Shown here: piece by piece, positions 53,029-63,812 of the stretch
How positions within the stretch are numbered: the stretch's first letter is position 1
Layout: every line of letters starts with the position of its first letter
Assembly (NCBI GenBank): GCA_963782915.1
Contig: CAWALK010000001.1
Span: forward strand, 32,001-96,000
DNA length: 64,000 bases
Source of the DNA: an uncultured archaeon
GTDB lineage: Archaea; Thermoproteota; Bathyarchaeia; Bathyarchaeales; Bathycorpusculaceae
Direction of reading: 5' to 3'
Notes under the pieces: model-generated
Told to the model about the DNA's origin: nothing
The model's input: only the letters and a program-made list of their open reading frames with translations
Database searches by the model: none
Made by a program: the position numbers and the translations under genes

Positions 53029-53610
53029 TTAGGCTTTTACCAGCCTATAACCCATTTTAGTACCCCTGCCAAACTTGTAAGCCAAATTGATAATTAGTAT
53101 ACCCATAGCCTCCAGATACCGCGCAGACTTTAAAGGCCCACAATCCACTGGGTCAAAACCTATATCACGAGTTAGTTGTGCAACAATCTGTTTCGCGCCT
53201 GCATCGTCGCCTGCAAAAAACGCGGTTAACTGCTGATCAGCCACTTTGGCGGTGCTCTGGTTAGGCGCAAAAACCGTGTTAAAAGCTTTAACGACGTGTG
53301 CTTTAGGCAGTTTCTTCTGGGTTTCCTCGGCAGTGGAAGTGGTGCAGCTGATTCCCAAATCCATGCTTTCTCCGATGGCGTTCATGACGTCAATTACCGT
53401 TTTGCCGTCTGAGTAGGGTTTGATGTTTTCTCTGGCGTCGTCTGCGTTGTTATGTGGGACTGCGAGGATGATTACTTCGCCCCATTTTGCTGCGTCAGCT
53501 ACTGATTCGTTGGGGTCGCGGTGGCCAAACTTGGTTTCATGCCCACCTCTGCTTAAGCCTTGTTGGAGGGCGGTTCCAACGTTTCCTTTTCCGATTATTG
53601 CAATTTTCAA
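53029..53610 (-). CDS. F420-dependent NADP oxidoreductase family protein
   Basis: IIGKGNVG, VIILAVP, ID..N, S.AEE, VVKAFNT, AGDD, ARYLE. Confidence 0.85.
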   Translation of the reverse strand: MKIAIIGKGNVGTALQQGLSRGGHETKFGHRDPNESVADAAKWGEVIILAVPHNNADDARENIKPYSDGKTVIDVMNAIGESMDLGISCTTSTAEETQKKLPKAHVVKAFNTVFAPNQSTAKVADQQLTAFFAGDDAGAKQIVAQLTRDIGFDPVDCGPLKSARYLEAMGILIINLAYKFGRGTKMGYRLVKA

Positions 53611-53799
53611 AATTTTCGCCTCAAATAGTGGTGTTCTATGGGGGCTTTTTAGTGGTTGTGACTTCATGTTGATACAACAAAGGCTTCTATGGGAAACAAA
53701 GGGGTCAAAAACTGGGGAATTCGATAGGATGGATTTGTCAAACGATTAATCACTTTATGGCTTTTTCTAATAAGGGCTATTATTTCTTTTCAGCAAGTG

Positions 53800-55246
53800 T
53801 CAATCGGTATGTGGGGCAACGTTCTTGTTTAAGAGTAAGTAAGCAGGATACGCTAAAGATGCCAGAATTAAACCTATAACAAGAAATTGCATATCCGTTG
53901 TTCCAATTGGTGTAGGCCAAATAAGCAAGCTTGAGCTGTTGACATTCCTTATGAATCCCACCATCAAGTCATGCCGGATTGAATAACTCAAATTCGCCAA
54001 AAAACTCACAGTTATCGCCAAGGAAATCAAGCCTGCCGCTACAAGGTTGTAGACTGAGGCTTTGATTTTTGTGAATGCGAACCCTAAAAAAATTACCAGC
54101 AGCGTGGAGGGAATGTACATGTATCTTGCGATGCTTGCCCAGCCGCCAACCCAGAAGTCCCGCTGAATGCTTCCCCCAAGGTTTGCCCACGACATAAACA
54201 CCCAAAAAACAATTATGACCGAAGCAAACAAGAACACCTCTTTTCTGTGGTTATTTTTGAATTCCTTGGCTGCCAAGAAAGCAACCAGCAAGATGGGTGA
54301 AACAAAAAATATACCTACAGGGGAGAAAAGTGAACCGATGATGCCTTCAAGGTTTAGCCATGTGCCATGTTGGAGCCGAAAAGAGAATTTCAAAAGCCAT
54401 CGATTGATGCTCGATTTGGCGGGGCGTAGTGAATAGGTTTCCTGTTGTCGAGAGGTTCCATGCAGAAAATAGTATGATGATTGGCAGTATTCCAAGCATC
54501 AGCGTATAGAAGCTTTTCTTTGCTTGAGGGAGGCCAATCTTGAAGAGGTAATAGAGGAAGAACGGTGCCGTGATGATTGAAGCGTTAAAGGAGAAAACCA
54601 TCAATGCATAGAAGAATCCAAAAAAGAACAGAGGCATCAGTTTGCGGCTTGATTTATAATTTAGCAGAAAAACTATCGCTGCAAGCATAAGCATTGCACT
54701 GACTGGTTGGGGATAGAGCAGTTTAGCGTAAGTAAAAGCCATGGTGGCGAAGGCAAAGATGAATGCCGCAACTGTTGCCAATGTTTCCCCCTGATTTAGG
54801 CTAAGGCAGATTTTACGAACCAACAAAGCACTTACTACCGTAAAAAACATCATACCCACCATGACTGAGCGTATGAGATAATTTGAGCCTAAAAGCAAAT
54901 TGCCCACCGTATAGAAGGGAACAAGCAACGCTGCGGTTACGGGTTCAGCTATCGTATAATATTTGTCGCCTACCACAACAAAGTCCCTTGAAAGATCAGG
55001 TGGTCCACCTTGCGAGATCCAGTTTCTGCCTTGAGCGAATGCGCCTGTTTCATAGTAGACTGCATAACATTCAGAGGTATGCAGATGCTCAACCCAGTCG
55101 GAGCTGAAAATGTAGCCTTTGTCGCTGGGTTCAGGCTGGCTGGGGTAATTGCAGACATCAAAAGAAGACGCCATATAGACAGCGAAGATAACTATGACTA
55201 TTAATGCGGCGCGTTTATCTTTGAACAAGCAAGAGAGGGTTTTCAT
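53800..55246 (-). CDS. Multi-TM GT-C-like glycosyltransferase (one indel)
   Basis: About 12 TMs over two ORFs, first loop SSD..EH, G.LFSP..GIFFVSP, W.GGW..ARY. Confidence 0.6.
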
Positions 55247-55347
55247 GCTTCATTCACTTGCTTTAGCCTTTATCTCTGGTTATGGCTTAAAAGTTTTAAG
55301 CTAAACCACCCTCTGTAGCGGGCACCTAATTTTTGAGTAAGGCCGCT

Positions 55348-55386
55348 TTTGTTGCTCTCAGAGACCTCCCCTCCCCTTATTTAAAG
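55348..55386. repeat. Repeat family A core
   Basis: tttgttgctctcagagacctcccctccccttatttaaag. Confidence 0.82.
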
Positions 55387-55420
55387 CCGAAAAAGTTGGT
55401 CTTGTCTCAATAAACTATGG

Positions 55421-55954
55421 CTAACTATACTTTTCGATGATTTCCCTGATTATGTTGAGGTTACGGGTGGTTGCTTTGGTTTTCAGTACTTTCTCCACAA
55501 ACGGATTAGGCAAAGCACCTTCCCCACCACCATGGGTTACACTGAATACTTCCGTGTCTTTTAGGGCGATTATTTGTGCAGTGGATTTGGGAATCGTTGT
55601 GGGCAGATTCAGTGGAAAAGTGATTATCGGGGCATTGAGAAAAGTGACTAAAAAGCTTGTGCCTTCGCTGTTTTGGTTTTTGAAGGGGTCATCGGTGAGG
55701 ATTTCTTTGAGTTGGGGGATTGTGCGCAGGAAAACTGGTACTTCAAAACCTAAAGTACTTTTGAGGCAGCTTTCGATTTTGGTTTTTATTTCTTGGGGGT
55801 TGGTGTCTTTGGTTTCGAAGATTACGTTGCCGCTCTGCTTGTAGGTAGCCACATTTTGGAAACCCAACGAGTTAAAGGCACTAGTCAACGTCTCTTTTTT
55901 GGCGATGTGACCTCCAACGTTGATTCCCCGCAGAAAAGCAACAAAACAGCCCAT
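55421..55954 (-). CDS. DUF1697 protein
   Basis: FLRGINVGG, TY.QSGNVIF, TTRN. Confidence 0.9.
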   Translation of the reverse strand: MGCFVAFLRGINVGGHIAKKETLTSAFNSLGFQNVATYKQSGNVIFETKDTNPQEIKTKIESCLKSTLGFEVPVFLRTIPQLKEILTDDPFKNQNSEGTSFLVTFLNAPIITFPLNLPTTIPKSTAQIIALKDTEVFSVTHGGGEGALPNPFVEKVLKTKATTRNLNIIREIIEKYS

Positions 55955-56072
55955 AACAACCTGTAAGTTTAAAGTACAATATAACCTCTAACATGAAACT
56001 CTGGGTATGTAACGATGTTTCGTGGCGCTTTATATCTAAAATCCATCGTAAGATGTTAAACGGGTCAAACAA

Positions 56073-56680
56073 ATGACAACAAACACAGCACAAAAACTCA
56101 AACGGGAATCAAACAGCCTTTTAGGGCTCTCAATAATCAACATAATCAGCAGCGCAATGGTCTTGGCTTTCGGCGCAAGCGCACTCTTCCCTAACATAAT
56201 TACAATGTTTAATGCCAAAAGCATACTTCTGCCAGAACTCATTTGGGCAATTCTGGGTGGTCTAGCATTTGCTATTGGAATGAGATGGTTAGTTGCCACC
56301 GCAGAGGTACTTGAAATACACGAGCAACTAAAAGAAGGCTCCAAAAAAGCGAACGAAAACGAAGACGCCTTAACGGGCGTAATTGTTGACGCTATGGCTA
56401 GTTACCGAGAGAAAAAAGGTACCATCAAACTGATGATGACGATTAGTCGAATTGCGGGAGTCTGCTTCCTCATAGCCGGAACCTACACAATAATAACCTC
56501 AGCTATTGCAGGTGGAGCCAACCTATGGTTAATTGCAGGTGCAATCCCAACTTCGCCATCGCCGCTGCAGCATTCATCATTCCCCACTTCTTTTCCAAAT
56601 ATCAACAAGTCTGGGATAGCCGCATAAAAGAAACCGAGAAAGCCGAAGCATTGCTGCAGAAACAGTTGGGGGCTATTTAA
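56073..56680 (+). CDS. Membrane protein (one indel)
   Basis: Four TMs. The corrected C-terminus ends at TAA 56678-56680, overlapping the next ATG. Confidence 0.65.
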
Positions 56681-56954
56681 TGCAGTTTAAGCGGACGCAT
56701 TACGAGATTTACTGGGAAATCCTGACTTACTGCAAGACCCCCGATCCTTCACTAGCATAATTAATCGCTGTAATCTCAACTCGAAAATTGGGCAGGTGCA
56801 TCTGGATTTCCTAAAAAGCCGCCGCTTCCTTGCAGAGGTACAAGACGAGGGCATGACACTACTGAAAGCAACTGACGCAGCCAAAGAGTACATCGCACTA
56901 TTCAACAAGACTTACCGCGAACTCTTCGATGACAGCCCCGAATTCAGAATATAG
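56680..56954 (+). CDS. Winged-helix regulator (HTH_45-like), absent from the ORF track
   Basis: MQFKRTHYEIYWEILTYCKTP, then after adding one C in a C5 run RSFTSIINRCNLNS..HLDFL..T..AKEYI. Confidence 0.75.
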
Positions 56955-57863
56955 CTAAGCTGGTTGTTCGAGCCAGTTGCGAGAGCCACAAATGCGTCGT
57001 CCAGCAATGCCTAAACTTAGACAGTCCTTTTCAGGGCACATCTCTACACACCGCAAACACAATATACACATCGATGTATCAATGGAGCCGCCTTTTTTCT
57101 CGTAGACCTCGGTAACTTGAACTGGACAAGCTCTTTGGCAGATGCCGCATTTGGTGCATTTTTCGCCGTTTTTATTTAGGCGTAGAAGCGGTGCCCACCA
57201 GAACGGCTTGAACCTGTTGAAGGCGGCGAGGGATATGCCTGTGGGGCAGAATCGACACCAGAAACGGCGCACCTTAAAGGACGCGGCTAAAACCGCAACC
57301 ACAAACAGGTAAGAAAGCGGTAACGCGAAGCCTGTATCTTTAAGGTACATGAGAAATTCGCCAACATAGGGAAAAGTCAAGTAAACCCCGCCTACTCCTG
57401 CGAGTGCTCCAAACGGCGGATGCCAAGGCAAAACAACTGGCTGAAGCGGCTCCAAAAGAAACGCAAACGGCGTAAAGGGTTGGCGCAACCAAACAAAGTT
57501 TCCAGCATCAAGCCATGAATAGGTGCCCAAAGGAAAACCAGATAGAACTATCAAAAGAATTGCCAATGCGATTAGGTACCGTGTTTTATGCAGGGTCTCG
57601 TTGAGTTTTCTCGGTAGTGACCAATGGCTAATTCTTAGTAGCCTTCGCAGTAGCGTCATTGTGTCCATGTATAAGCCAAGTGGGCAAACCCAACCGCAAA
57701 AGAATCTGCCTAGAAGCAGGGTTGCGCCGATTATTATTGCCAGAAGCAGTCCTTTCCAGACGGCAACAATCGACACGTAGAAGATCAAGAACAGAAACAG
57801 CAGTTGAATGATTGTCCGAACAATGCTGATTCGTTTAGTCTTATCTTTTATCCAGTTCAGCAA
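56955..57863 (-). CDS. Membrane 4Fe-4S protein (NapH/MauN-like), paralog of 7254-8905
   Basis: GRFFCGWVCPLG, WCRFCP, CTKCGICQRACP, CILCLRCVEMCP, SRNWL. Confidence 0.88.
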   Translation of the reverse strand: MLNWIKDKTKRISIVRTIIQLLFLFLIFYVSIVAVWKGLLLAIIIGATLLLGRFFCGWVCPLGLYMDTMTLLRRLLRISHWSLPRKLNETLHKTRYLIALAILLIVLSGFPLGTYSWLDAGNFVWLRQPFTPFAFLLEPLQPVVLPWHPPFGALAGVGGVYLTFPYVGEFLMYLKDTGFALPLSYLFVVAVLAASFKVRRFWCRFCPTGISLAAFNRFKPFWWAPLLRLNKNGEKCTKCGICQRACPVQVTEVYEKKGGSIDTSMCILCLRCVEMCPEKDCLSLGIAGRRICGSRNWLEQPA

Positions 57864-58040
57864 TACCCGACCCCCTCAACTGCTTCTATAGAATGAACAG
57901 TATTCTGTAAAGTGAGGCTTTTTCTGAGTTTAAGTAGATTTCTTCTTACGTGCACCATTTTAGCGAGCAATACTTTCAAGAAGAAACAATAGTTTTCTGA
58001 AAAGCTTAACTTCCCAAAAAACAATTCAATATGACCAAAC

Positions 58041-58808
58041 ATGGGAATGCTCGAAGTAAAAGACTTATCCGTCAAAGTTGAAGGCAAACTTATCCTAAAA
58101 GACCTGAACTTTGACTTAAAAGCAGGCGCCAGCCACATCCTTTTTGGACCCAACGGTTCAGGAAAAACCACCCTCATAAGCACACTAATGGGGTTACCTG
58201 GATACGAAGTGGTTTCGGGCAAGATACTCTTTGAAGGGGTCGATATTACCAATAAAGGCGTTGATGAACGCTCTAAAATGGGCATAATCGTTAGTTTCCA
58301 GAATCCTCCTGAAATCACAGGTGTAAAATTGGGTGATTTGCTAAAACTCTGTCTGGGCAAGACCACCTCTGACGAGTTCAGCCCAGAGGAGATGGCGCAG
58401 ATTGAAGCCTTCCGCCTAACCGACTTCCTTAATCGGGACGTTAACTTGGGTTTCAGCGGTGGGGAACGCAAACGCTCCGAGATTTTACAGTTAATTTTCC
58501 TTAGACCCAAACTGCTCCTTCTTGATGAACCCGATTCAGGCGTAGACGTCGAGAGCTTAAAGATGATATCTACGGAGATTCAGAAGTACCTTGAAGCCAC
58601 AGGCGCCTCCGCATTGATTATCACGCATAAAGGCGACATTTTAGAGTACATCAAAGCATCATATGGCTGCATATTGCTGGATGGTCAATTCCACTGCTTC
58701 AAAGACCCCCTGCGAATCTACGAGGACATCAAAGCGGTGGGTTATGAGGAATGTGTTGCTTGCAGAATAAGAACAAGTGAAGGCTGGAAAAATGGACAAA
58801 GAAAGTAG
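58041..58808 (+). CDS. sufC: Fe-S assembly ATPase SufC (SmsC type)
   Basis: GPNGSGKT, RDVNLGFSGGERKRSE, LDEPDSGVD, C-terminal GYEECVAC. Confidence 0.92.
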   Translation: MGMLEVKDLSVKVEGKLILKDLNFDLKAGASHILFGPNGSGKTTLISTLMGLPGYEVVSGKILFEGVDITNKGVDERSKMGIIVSFQNPPEITGVKLGDLLKLCLGKTTSDEFSPEEMAQIEAFRLTDFLNRDVNLGFSGGERKRSEILQLIFLRPKLLLLDEPDSGVDVESLKMISTEIQKYLEATGASALIITHKGDILEYIKASYGCILLDGQFHCFKDPLRIYEDIKAVGYEECVACRIRTSEGWKNGQRK

Positions 58809-59916
58809 CTTAACCAAACTTCCGCACGAAATCCTCATGGAAGCCCAAAAGGCTGGTTTCGAAGGCGAAGCTAAGAATCGTTCGGGCACATTCATGCACT
58901 TAAATCAGGAGACGGTTGCCTCCAAGGTGAACGAGTTATATGAGGGCAAACTGGAGCTCATGGACATAAAAGCGGCACTTAAAAAGTATCCGTGGCTCGA
59001 AGAGTACCGCTGGAAACTCGTAAACAAAGACAAAGATGAATACACCAAAAAAGTTGCGGAGGACTACAGCGGCGGCTACTTCATGCGTATCCTAAAAGGC
59101 GCCGAACTCGCGTTTCCACTGCAATCCTGTATGCTCATTACCCAGAATCATCTTGAACAGCGAGTACACAACATCATCATCGCCGAAGAAGATTCCAAAG
59201 CCCACATAATCACCAGTTGCCTACAACACTCAACAGTTCCAAATGCTTCGCACATGGGTATCTCCGAAATTTACGTCAAAAAAGGCGCCATGCTAAACTT
59301 TACGATGATTCATCAATGGAGCGAAAACACAATGGTACGCCCCCGAAGCGGTGCACAAGTAGACGACAACGCTACCTTCGTCTCAAACTACGTTTGCATG
59401 CGCCCAGTAAAAGACATCCAAATGTATCCCGTCGCCTACTGCAAAGGCGTCAATTCCCGAGTAAGCTTCAACAGCATACTCTACGGACACAGGAACAGCC
59501 AATTAGATACAGGGTCGAAAGCTGTTCTAACTGGGCAAGGCAGCAAAGCAGAAATGGTCAGCCGCGCTATCGCCCGTGAAGGCTCAAAAATGATTGTCCG
59601 AGGCATGATCGAGGGTCATACTCCTGATTGCAAAGGGCACTTAGAATGTAAGGGCTTAATCATGGATGACGAATCTTTCATGCAGTCGATTCCAGAGTTG
59701 ATTGCGACCAAGAAGGGTGTGGAAATTACCCATGAAGCCGCTGTTGGCAAGATAAGCGAGAAAGAGATTACGTATTTGATGACTAGGCGGCTGTCGCGTG
59801 AGCAGGCGGTTTCGTTGATTATCCGCGGGTTCATGGATGTGGGTATTCTGGGGTTGCCTGAAGCGCTCAATAAGGAAATCAAGGCGATTGTGGATTCTTC
59901 GGCTGCTGGAGAGTAA
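58792..59916 (+). CDS. sufB: Fe-S assembly SufB/SufD (SmsB type)
   Basis: PLQSC, VHNIIIAEE, KGHLECKGLI, IPEL, THEAAVGKI, YLMTR..IIRGF. Confidence 0.92.
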   Translation: MDKESSLTKLPHEILMEAQKAGFEGEAKNRSGTFMHLNQETVASKVNELYEGKLELMDIKAALKKYPWLEEYRWKLVNKDKDEYTKKVAEDYSGGYFMRILKGAELAFPLQSCMLITQNHLEQRVHNIIIAEEDSKAHIITSCLQHSTVPNASHMGISEIYVKKGAMLNFTMIHQWSENTMVRPRSGAQVDDNATFVSNYVCMRPVKDIQMYPVAYCKGVNSRVSFNSILYGHRNSQLDTGSKAVLTGQGSKAEMVSRAIAREGSKMIVRGMIEGHTPDCKGHLECKGLIMDDESFMQSIPELIATKKGVEITHEAAVGKISEKEITYLMTRRLSREQAVSLIIRGFMDVGILGLPEALNKEIKAIVDSSAAGE

Positions 59917-59966
59917 AGTATCACCTAATCTGCTTCCCAATTTTTTAGGGAATAAAACTGCGTCAT

Positions 59967-60087
59967 TCTGCTTGCGGTTTGCTCCACAACCAGACTGCAA
60001 CCCAACCGAAACGCTGAAGCCAAAACACATTGCATCTGCAAAGCCTGTTGGTTGTTGTTGAAATAAGAGGAGCCCACAGCAATAACC
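59967..60087. repeat. Dispersed repeat family B
   Basis: tctgcttgc..tccacaacc..gcaacccaac..aagccaaaacac..ggttgttgttg..cagcaataacc, colinear with 29079-29199. Confidence 0.8.
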
Positions 60088-60258
60088 AAGACAAAAAAAC
60101 AGCCAAAAACCAGTAAGGGACAAACGCCAAAACAATTACTTAGCAAACGTTAAAATCCCAACGTTCCCTCTCAATTTTAGGGGACACCAACAGTTGTTCC
60201 TCAGAAACGCCTTTAAGCGAAACATGATTTTCTCTTAAGCTTCAAGGTTGCGGGCTTT

Positions 60259-63200
60259 ATGGCGAAACCAATGCACAAAAACAGCAACGATTCTAACGGT
60301 ACCTCAGCTGCCAACATAAAACCCGCCATAAGCACCGAAGACGTACTGAGCCTTTCAGCACAAGATATTCTACAGCGCCTAAATACTTCAACCCAGGGAC
60401 TCAGCTCGGGAGAAGCAGAAGAACGCATAGAAATTTACGGTCGCAACGAACTTGCCCGAAAAAAGAAAAGCGCAGCCATAATTAATTTTCTCTCACGCTT
60501 CAAAAGCCCCCTTGTAATCATCTTAATGATAGCAGGCGCCATATCCGCTGCCCTTGGATCATACCCAAGTGTAATCGTCATCTACACCATGGTTATCCTA
60601 AGTGTCACATTAGCATATTATCAGGAAACAAACGCTTCAAAAGCTGCAGAACTACTAAGAGAAAAAGTCGCCACTTCAGCAACAGTAATCAGAGACAAGA
60701 CAAAACAAGAAATTAAACTTCCCTTCATCGTACCTGGCGACATAATCTATCTTTCAGCTGGCGATATTACTCCCGCAGACGCCAGAATCATCGAAGCTAA
60801 AGACTTATTCGTAAACCAGTCAGCCCTAACAGGCGAATCTTTTCCAGTCGAAAAAACCGCTTCGCCGATTAAAACAAGAGGCGGATCCATCACTGAATGG
60901 ACTAACTACTCTTTCATGGGCACCTCCGTTGTAAGTGGAACAGCAACAGCCGTGGTAGTCAAGACTGGCGGCTTAACAGAATACGGAAAAATCGCTCAAA
61001 GACTCGTTGAAAAAGCTCCAGAGACAGAGTTTGAATTAGGCATTAAAAAATTCGGTTTTCTCATCATGCAGGTTACCCTGCTTTTGGTATTATTCGTTTT
61101 CATGATACAGGCGCTTCTTCACCCCGACCCAGAAGGCATATTGACTGCACTGCTATTCGCGGTTGCATTAGCGGTAGGTTTAACGCCTGAACTTCTGCCC
61201 ATGATTATCACCATTAACCTCTCTAAAGGCGCCATGGCGATGTCCAAGAAAGGGGTTATTGTAAAGCGTTTATCCGCTATCGAAACGTTTGGCAGCATGA
61301 ACGTTCTATGTACAGACAAGACCGGAACGCTTACAGAGAACCAAATCAAACTCTTACTACACATCGACATGGAGGGTAAAGAGGACGAAAAAGTACTACT
61401 CTATTCCTTCCTAAACAGCCGTCTTCAAACAGGACTAAAAAGTCCCCTCGACGAAGCTATCCTCAAACATCAAGAAATAGACATAACAGAATATCAAAAA
61501 ATCGATGAAGTACCCTTTGACTTTGTCAGAAGACGAGTCTCAGTCGTAGTGGAGCGCAATAGACAACGATTCTTCCTCGCTAAAGGCGCACCAGAAGAAA
61601 TACTCAAAGTATGCTCATACTATGAACTTGACGGATTAACCGCCGATATTTCCGAAGAGGTCCGACGAAAAATTGAGCAGAAATACTTTGACTTAAGCGC
61701 TGAAGGCTTAAGAGTATTAGGCGTCGCAAGCAAAAAACTCAAGGAAGAAAAAGCGGTTTACTCGATAAATGACGAAAGCAACATGACTTTCTTGGGGTTT
61801 GTTGCTTTCCTTGACCCGCCTAAAGAAACAGCAAAAGAATCACTTCGGTTGCTGGGCAAAGCTGGCGTTGAACTAAAAATCCTCACTGGCGACAATGAAT
61901 TAGTCACCAAGAAAGTATGCGCTGAACTAGGCTTCGAAGTTAAAAGCGTCATTTTGGGTAGCGAAATCCTAAACATGACAGACGAAGCTCTCTCAGCTGT
62001 TGTAGAAGAAGCAAACGTCTTCGCAAGAGTCACACCGGCACAAAAAGACCGAATAATCGAGCTCTTGAAAAAGAACGGCCATGTTGTAGGCTTCATGGGC
62101 GACGGAATTAACGATGCCCCTTCGCTTAAAACCTCAGATGTAGGAGTCTCCGTTAATAACGCGGTCGATGTCGCAAGAGAATCAGCCGACATTATCCTAT
62201 TGAAAAATGATTTGACAGTGCTAGCAGAGGGTGTGCTGGAGGGAAGAAAAACCTTCGGAAACACCATGAAATACATCATGATGGGAGTAAGCTCAAATTT
62301 CGGCAACATGTTTAGCGCCGCTGGCGGCTCATTATTCCTAAACTTTTTGCCAATGTTGCCCATCCAGATTCTGTTAAACAATCTGCTCTACGATACCTCT
62401 CAGACTGTCATGACAACCGACAACGTTGACCCCGAATACATTGAGCGACCCAAAAGATGGGACATTTCGTTCATTCGACGCTTCATGATTACGTTAGGTC
62501 CCGTAAGCTCATTATTTGATTTTGTGACGTTCTTTACAATGCTGTTTGTATTTAATGCTTGGAACAACCCCGCTTTATTCCAGACAGCTTGGTTTACAGA
62601 ATCTCTTTGTTCACAAACACTTGTGGTATTAATTATTCGAACTCGACGTATACCTTTCTATAAAAGCAAGCCCAGTAGATACCTAACTTTAATGCTTCTG
62701 GGTGTAATCGCTTTTGCACTATTAGTGCCCTATACGCCGGTAGGTGACTTCTTCGGGTTTATACCCCTTCCACCCGCGTTTTATTTGGCCTTGGTAGGGA
62801 TATTGGTAGCTTACGCATTGCTAGCTGAAACAGTGAAAAAATGGTTCTATAAACACAATGCCCAACGCTTAGAGCAGGTTCGCGTAGTCAAAGTTAAAAC
62901 TGTCTTTTCGGACCGATCAGTAAAGTTCATGCAGGAGATGATTGCAGTGATTAGCCTACGAAGTGAAGACGAATTCTCAATTGAATCTTTAACTGACGAT
63001 TTAAACAGCGCCATTAACTACCCACTAAACTCAAATGATTTAGCAAGAAACCTCCAATACCTCAGACGTTCAAACTTAATCAGTGTGGACTGGAACAAGC
63101 GAACCATAAAACGTCAAAAAGCACTAAAAGACTACGTTCAAAAAACTGTTATTGACACACCAACTTGGGCAGCGTCAAGTGAGAACTGGCGTAAAATCAA

Positions 63201-63267
63201 CGCTGTACTGCTAAACAAGTGGGGCAAAGTCAACACGGAATACCAGCAACTGCTCACTAAGCAATAA
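60259..63267 (+). CDS. mgtA: Mg2+-translocating P-type ATPase with C-terminal extension
   Basis: TGES, VGLTPELLPMI, DKTGT, TGDN, GDGINDAP, SSNFGNMFS, NLLYD, GPVSSLFD, FQTAWF.ES. Confidence 0.93.
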   Translation: MAKPMHKNSNDSNGTSAANIKPAISTEDVLSLSAQDILQRLNTSTQGLSSGEAEERIEIYGRNELARKKKSAAIINFLSRFKSPLVIILMIAGAISAALGSYPSVIVIYTMVILSVTLAYYQETNASKAAELLREKVATSATVIRDKTKQEIKLPFIVPGDIIYLSAGDITPADARIIEAKDLFVNQSALTGESFPVEKTASPIKTRGGSITEWTNYSFMGTSVVSGTATAVVVKTGGLTEYGKIAQRLVEKAPETEFELGIKKFGFLIMQVTLLLVLFVFMIQALLHPDPEGILTALLFAVALAVGLTPELLPMIITINLSKGAMAMSKKGVIVKRLSAIETFGSMNVLCTDKTGTLTENQIKLLLHIDMEGKEDEKVLLYSFLNSRLQTGLKSPLDEAILKHQEIDITEYQKIDEVPFDFVRRRVSVVVERNRQRFFLAKGAPEEILKVCSYYELDGLTADISEEVRRKIEQKYFDLSAEGLRVLGVASKKLKEEKAVYSINDESNMTFLGFVAFLDPPKETAKESLRLLGKAGVELKILTGDNELVTKKVCAELGFEVKSVILGSEILNMTDEALSAVVEEANVFARVTPAQKDRIIELLKKNGHVVGFMGDGINDAPSLKTSDVGVSVNNAVDVARESADIILLKNDLTVLAEGVLEGRKTFGNTMKYIMMGVSSNFGNMFSAAGGSLFLNFLPMLPIQILLNNLLYDTSQTVMTTDNVDPEYIERPKRWDISFIRRFMITLGPVSSLFDFVTFFTMLFVFNAWNNPALFQTAWFTESLCSQTLVVLIIRTRRIPFYKSKPSRYLTLMLLGVIAFALLVPYTPVGDFFGFIPLPPAFYLALVGILVAYALLAETVKKWFYKHNAQRLEQVRVVKVKTVFSDRSVKFMQEMIAVISLRSEDEFSIESLTDDLNSAINYPLNSNDLARNLQYLRRSNLISVDWNKRTIKRQKALKDYVQKTVIDTPTWAASSENWRKINAVLLNKWGKVNTEYQQLLTKQ

Positions 63268-63449
63268 AATCCTCTATGCGAAGTCTACTTCGCATGTTTG
63301 TTAAGTCCAGCAACGCTGTTTTGTGAAGCTGAATATGCAAGTTAGCGTCTCCTTGCCCCGACGGCTTGTCAAGCAGGCAAATTGGCGTTCTCAAAAACCG
63401 TTATTTCAAAAGAACCCAACAGGCAAGCTATAAGAGGGTTTGGAAACAA

Positions 63450-63812
63450 ATGCCAAATACATGTTGGGACTGCCAATATAACAGCTTAAAACTCAAGGTT
63501 CTCGTGCCCTACGACCGCACAATAAAAGAGTACATGCACCGTACAGGCAACTTTCAATCTGAAATAGTCGCCGTCGTTAAAGAAAAACATGGACAATACA
63601 CGGTATGGTACCGCTCGGAAGGCGAAATGAGAATTGTCACGTTCAAGATGCTGCACGTCTGCAGCCTAAAAATGGAGCAACCAAAAAAACAAGTCGCCTG
63701 CCCCAGCTACTGCCGCAAAGAAGAACAAAACGTAGTAAGCAACATTATCTACAGCAAACTGCCAATGCCTGAAGAAATCAAAACAGAGCTACTGCAGCAA
63801 GCAGAGCTTTAG
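63450..63812 (+). CDS. Hypothetical Cys-containing protein
   Basis: CWDC, HVC and CPSYC; ATG preceded by GAGGG. Confidence 0.5.
   Translation: MPNTCWDCQYNSLKLKVLVPYDRTIKEYMHRTGNFQSEIVAVVKEKHGQYTVWYRSEGEMRIVTFKMLHVCSLKMEQPKKQVACPSYCRKEEQNVVSNIIYSKLPMPEEIKTELLQQAEL

Noticed and set aside
635-55386. Family A repeats as a CRISPR array
   Set aside because: Copies are dispersed and degenerate, with no regular spacers and no cas genes.
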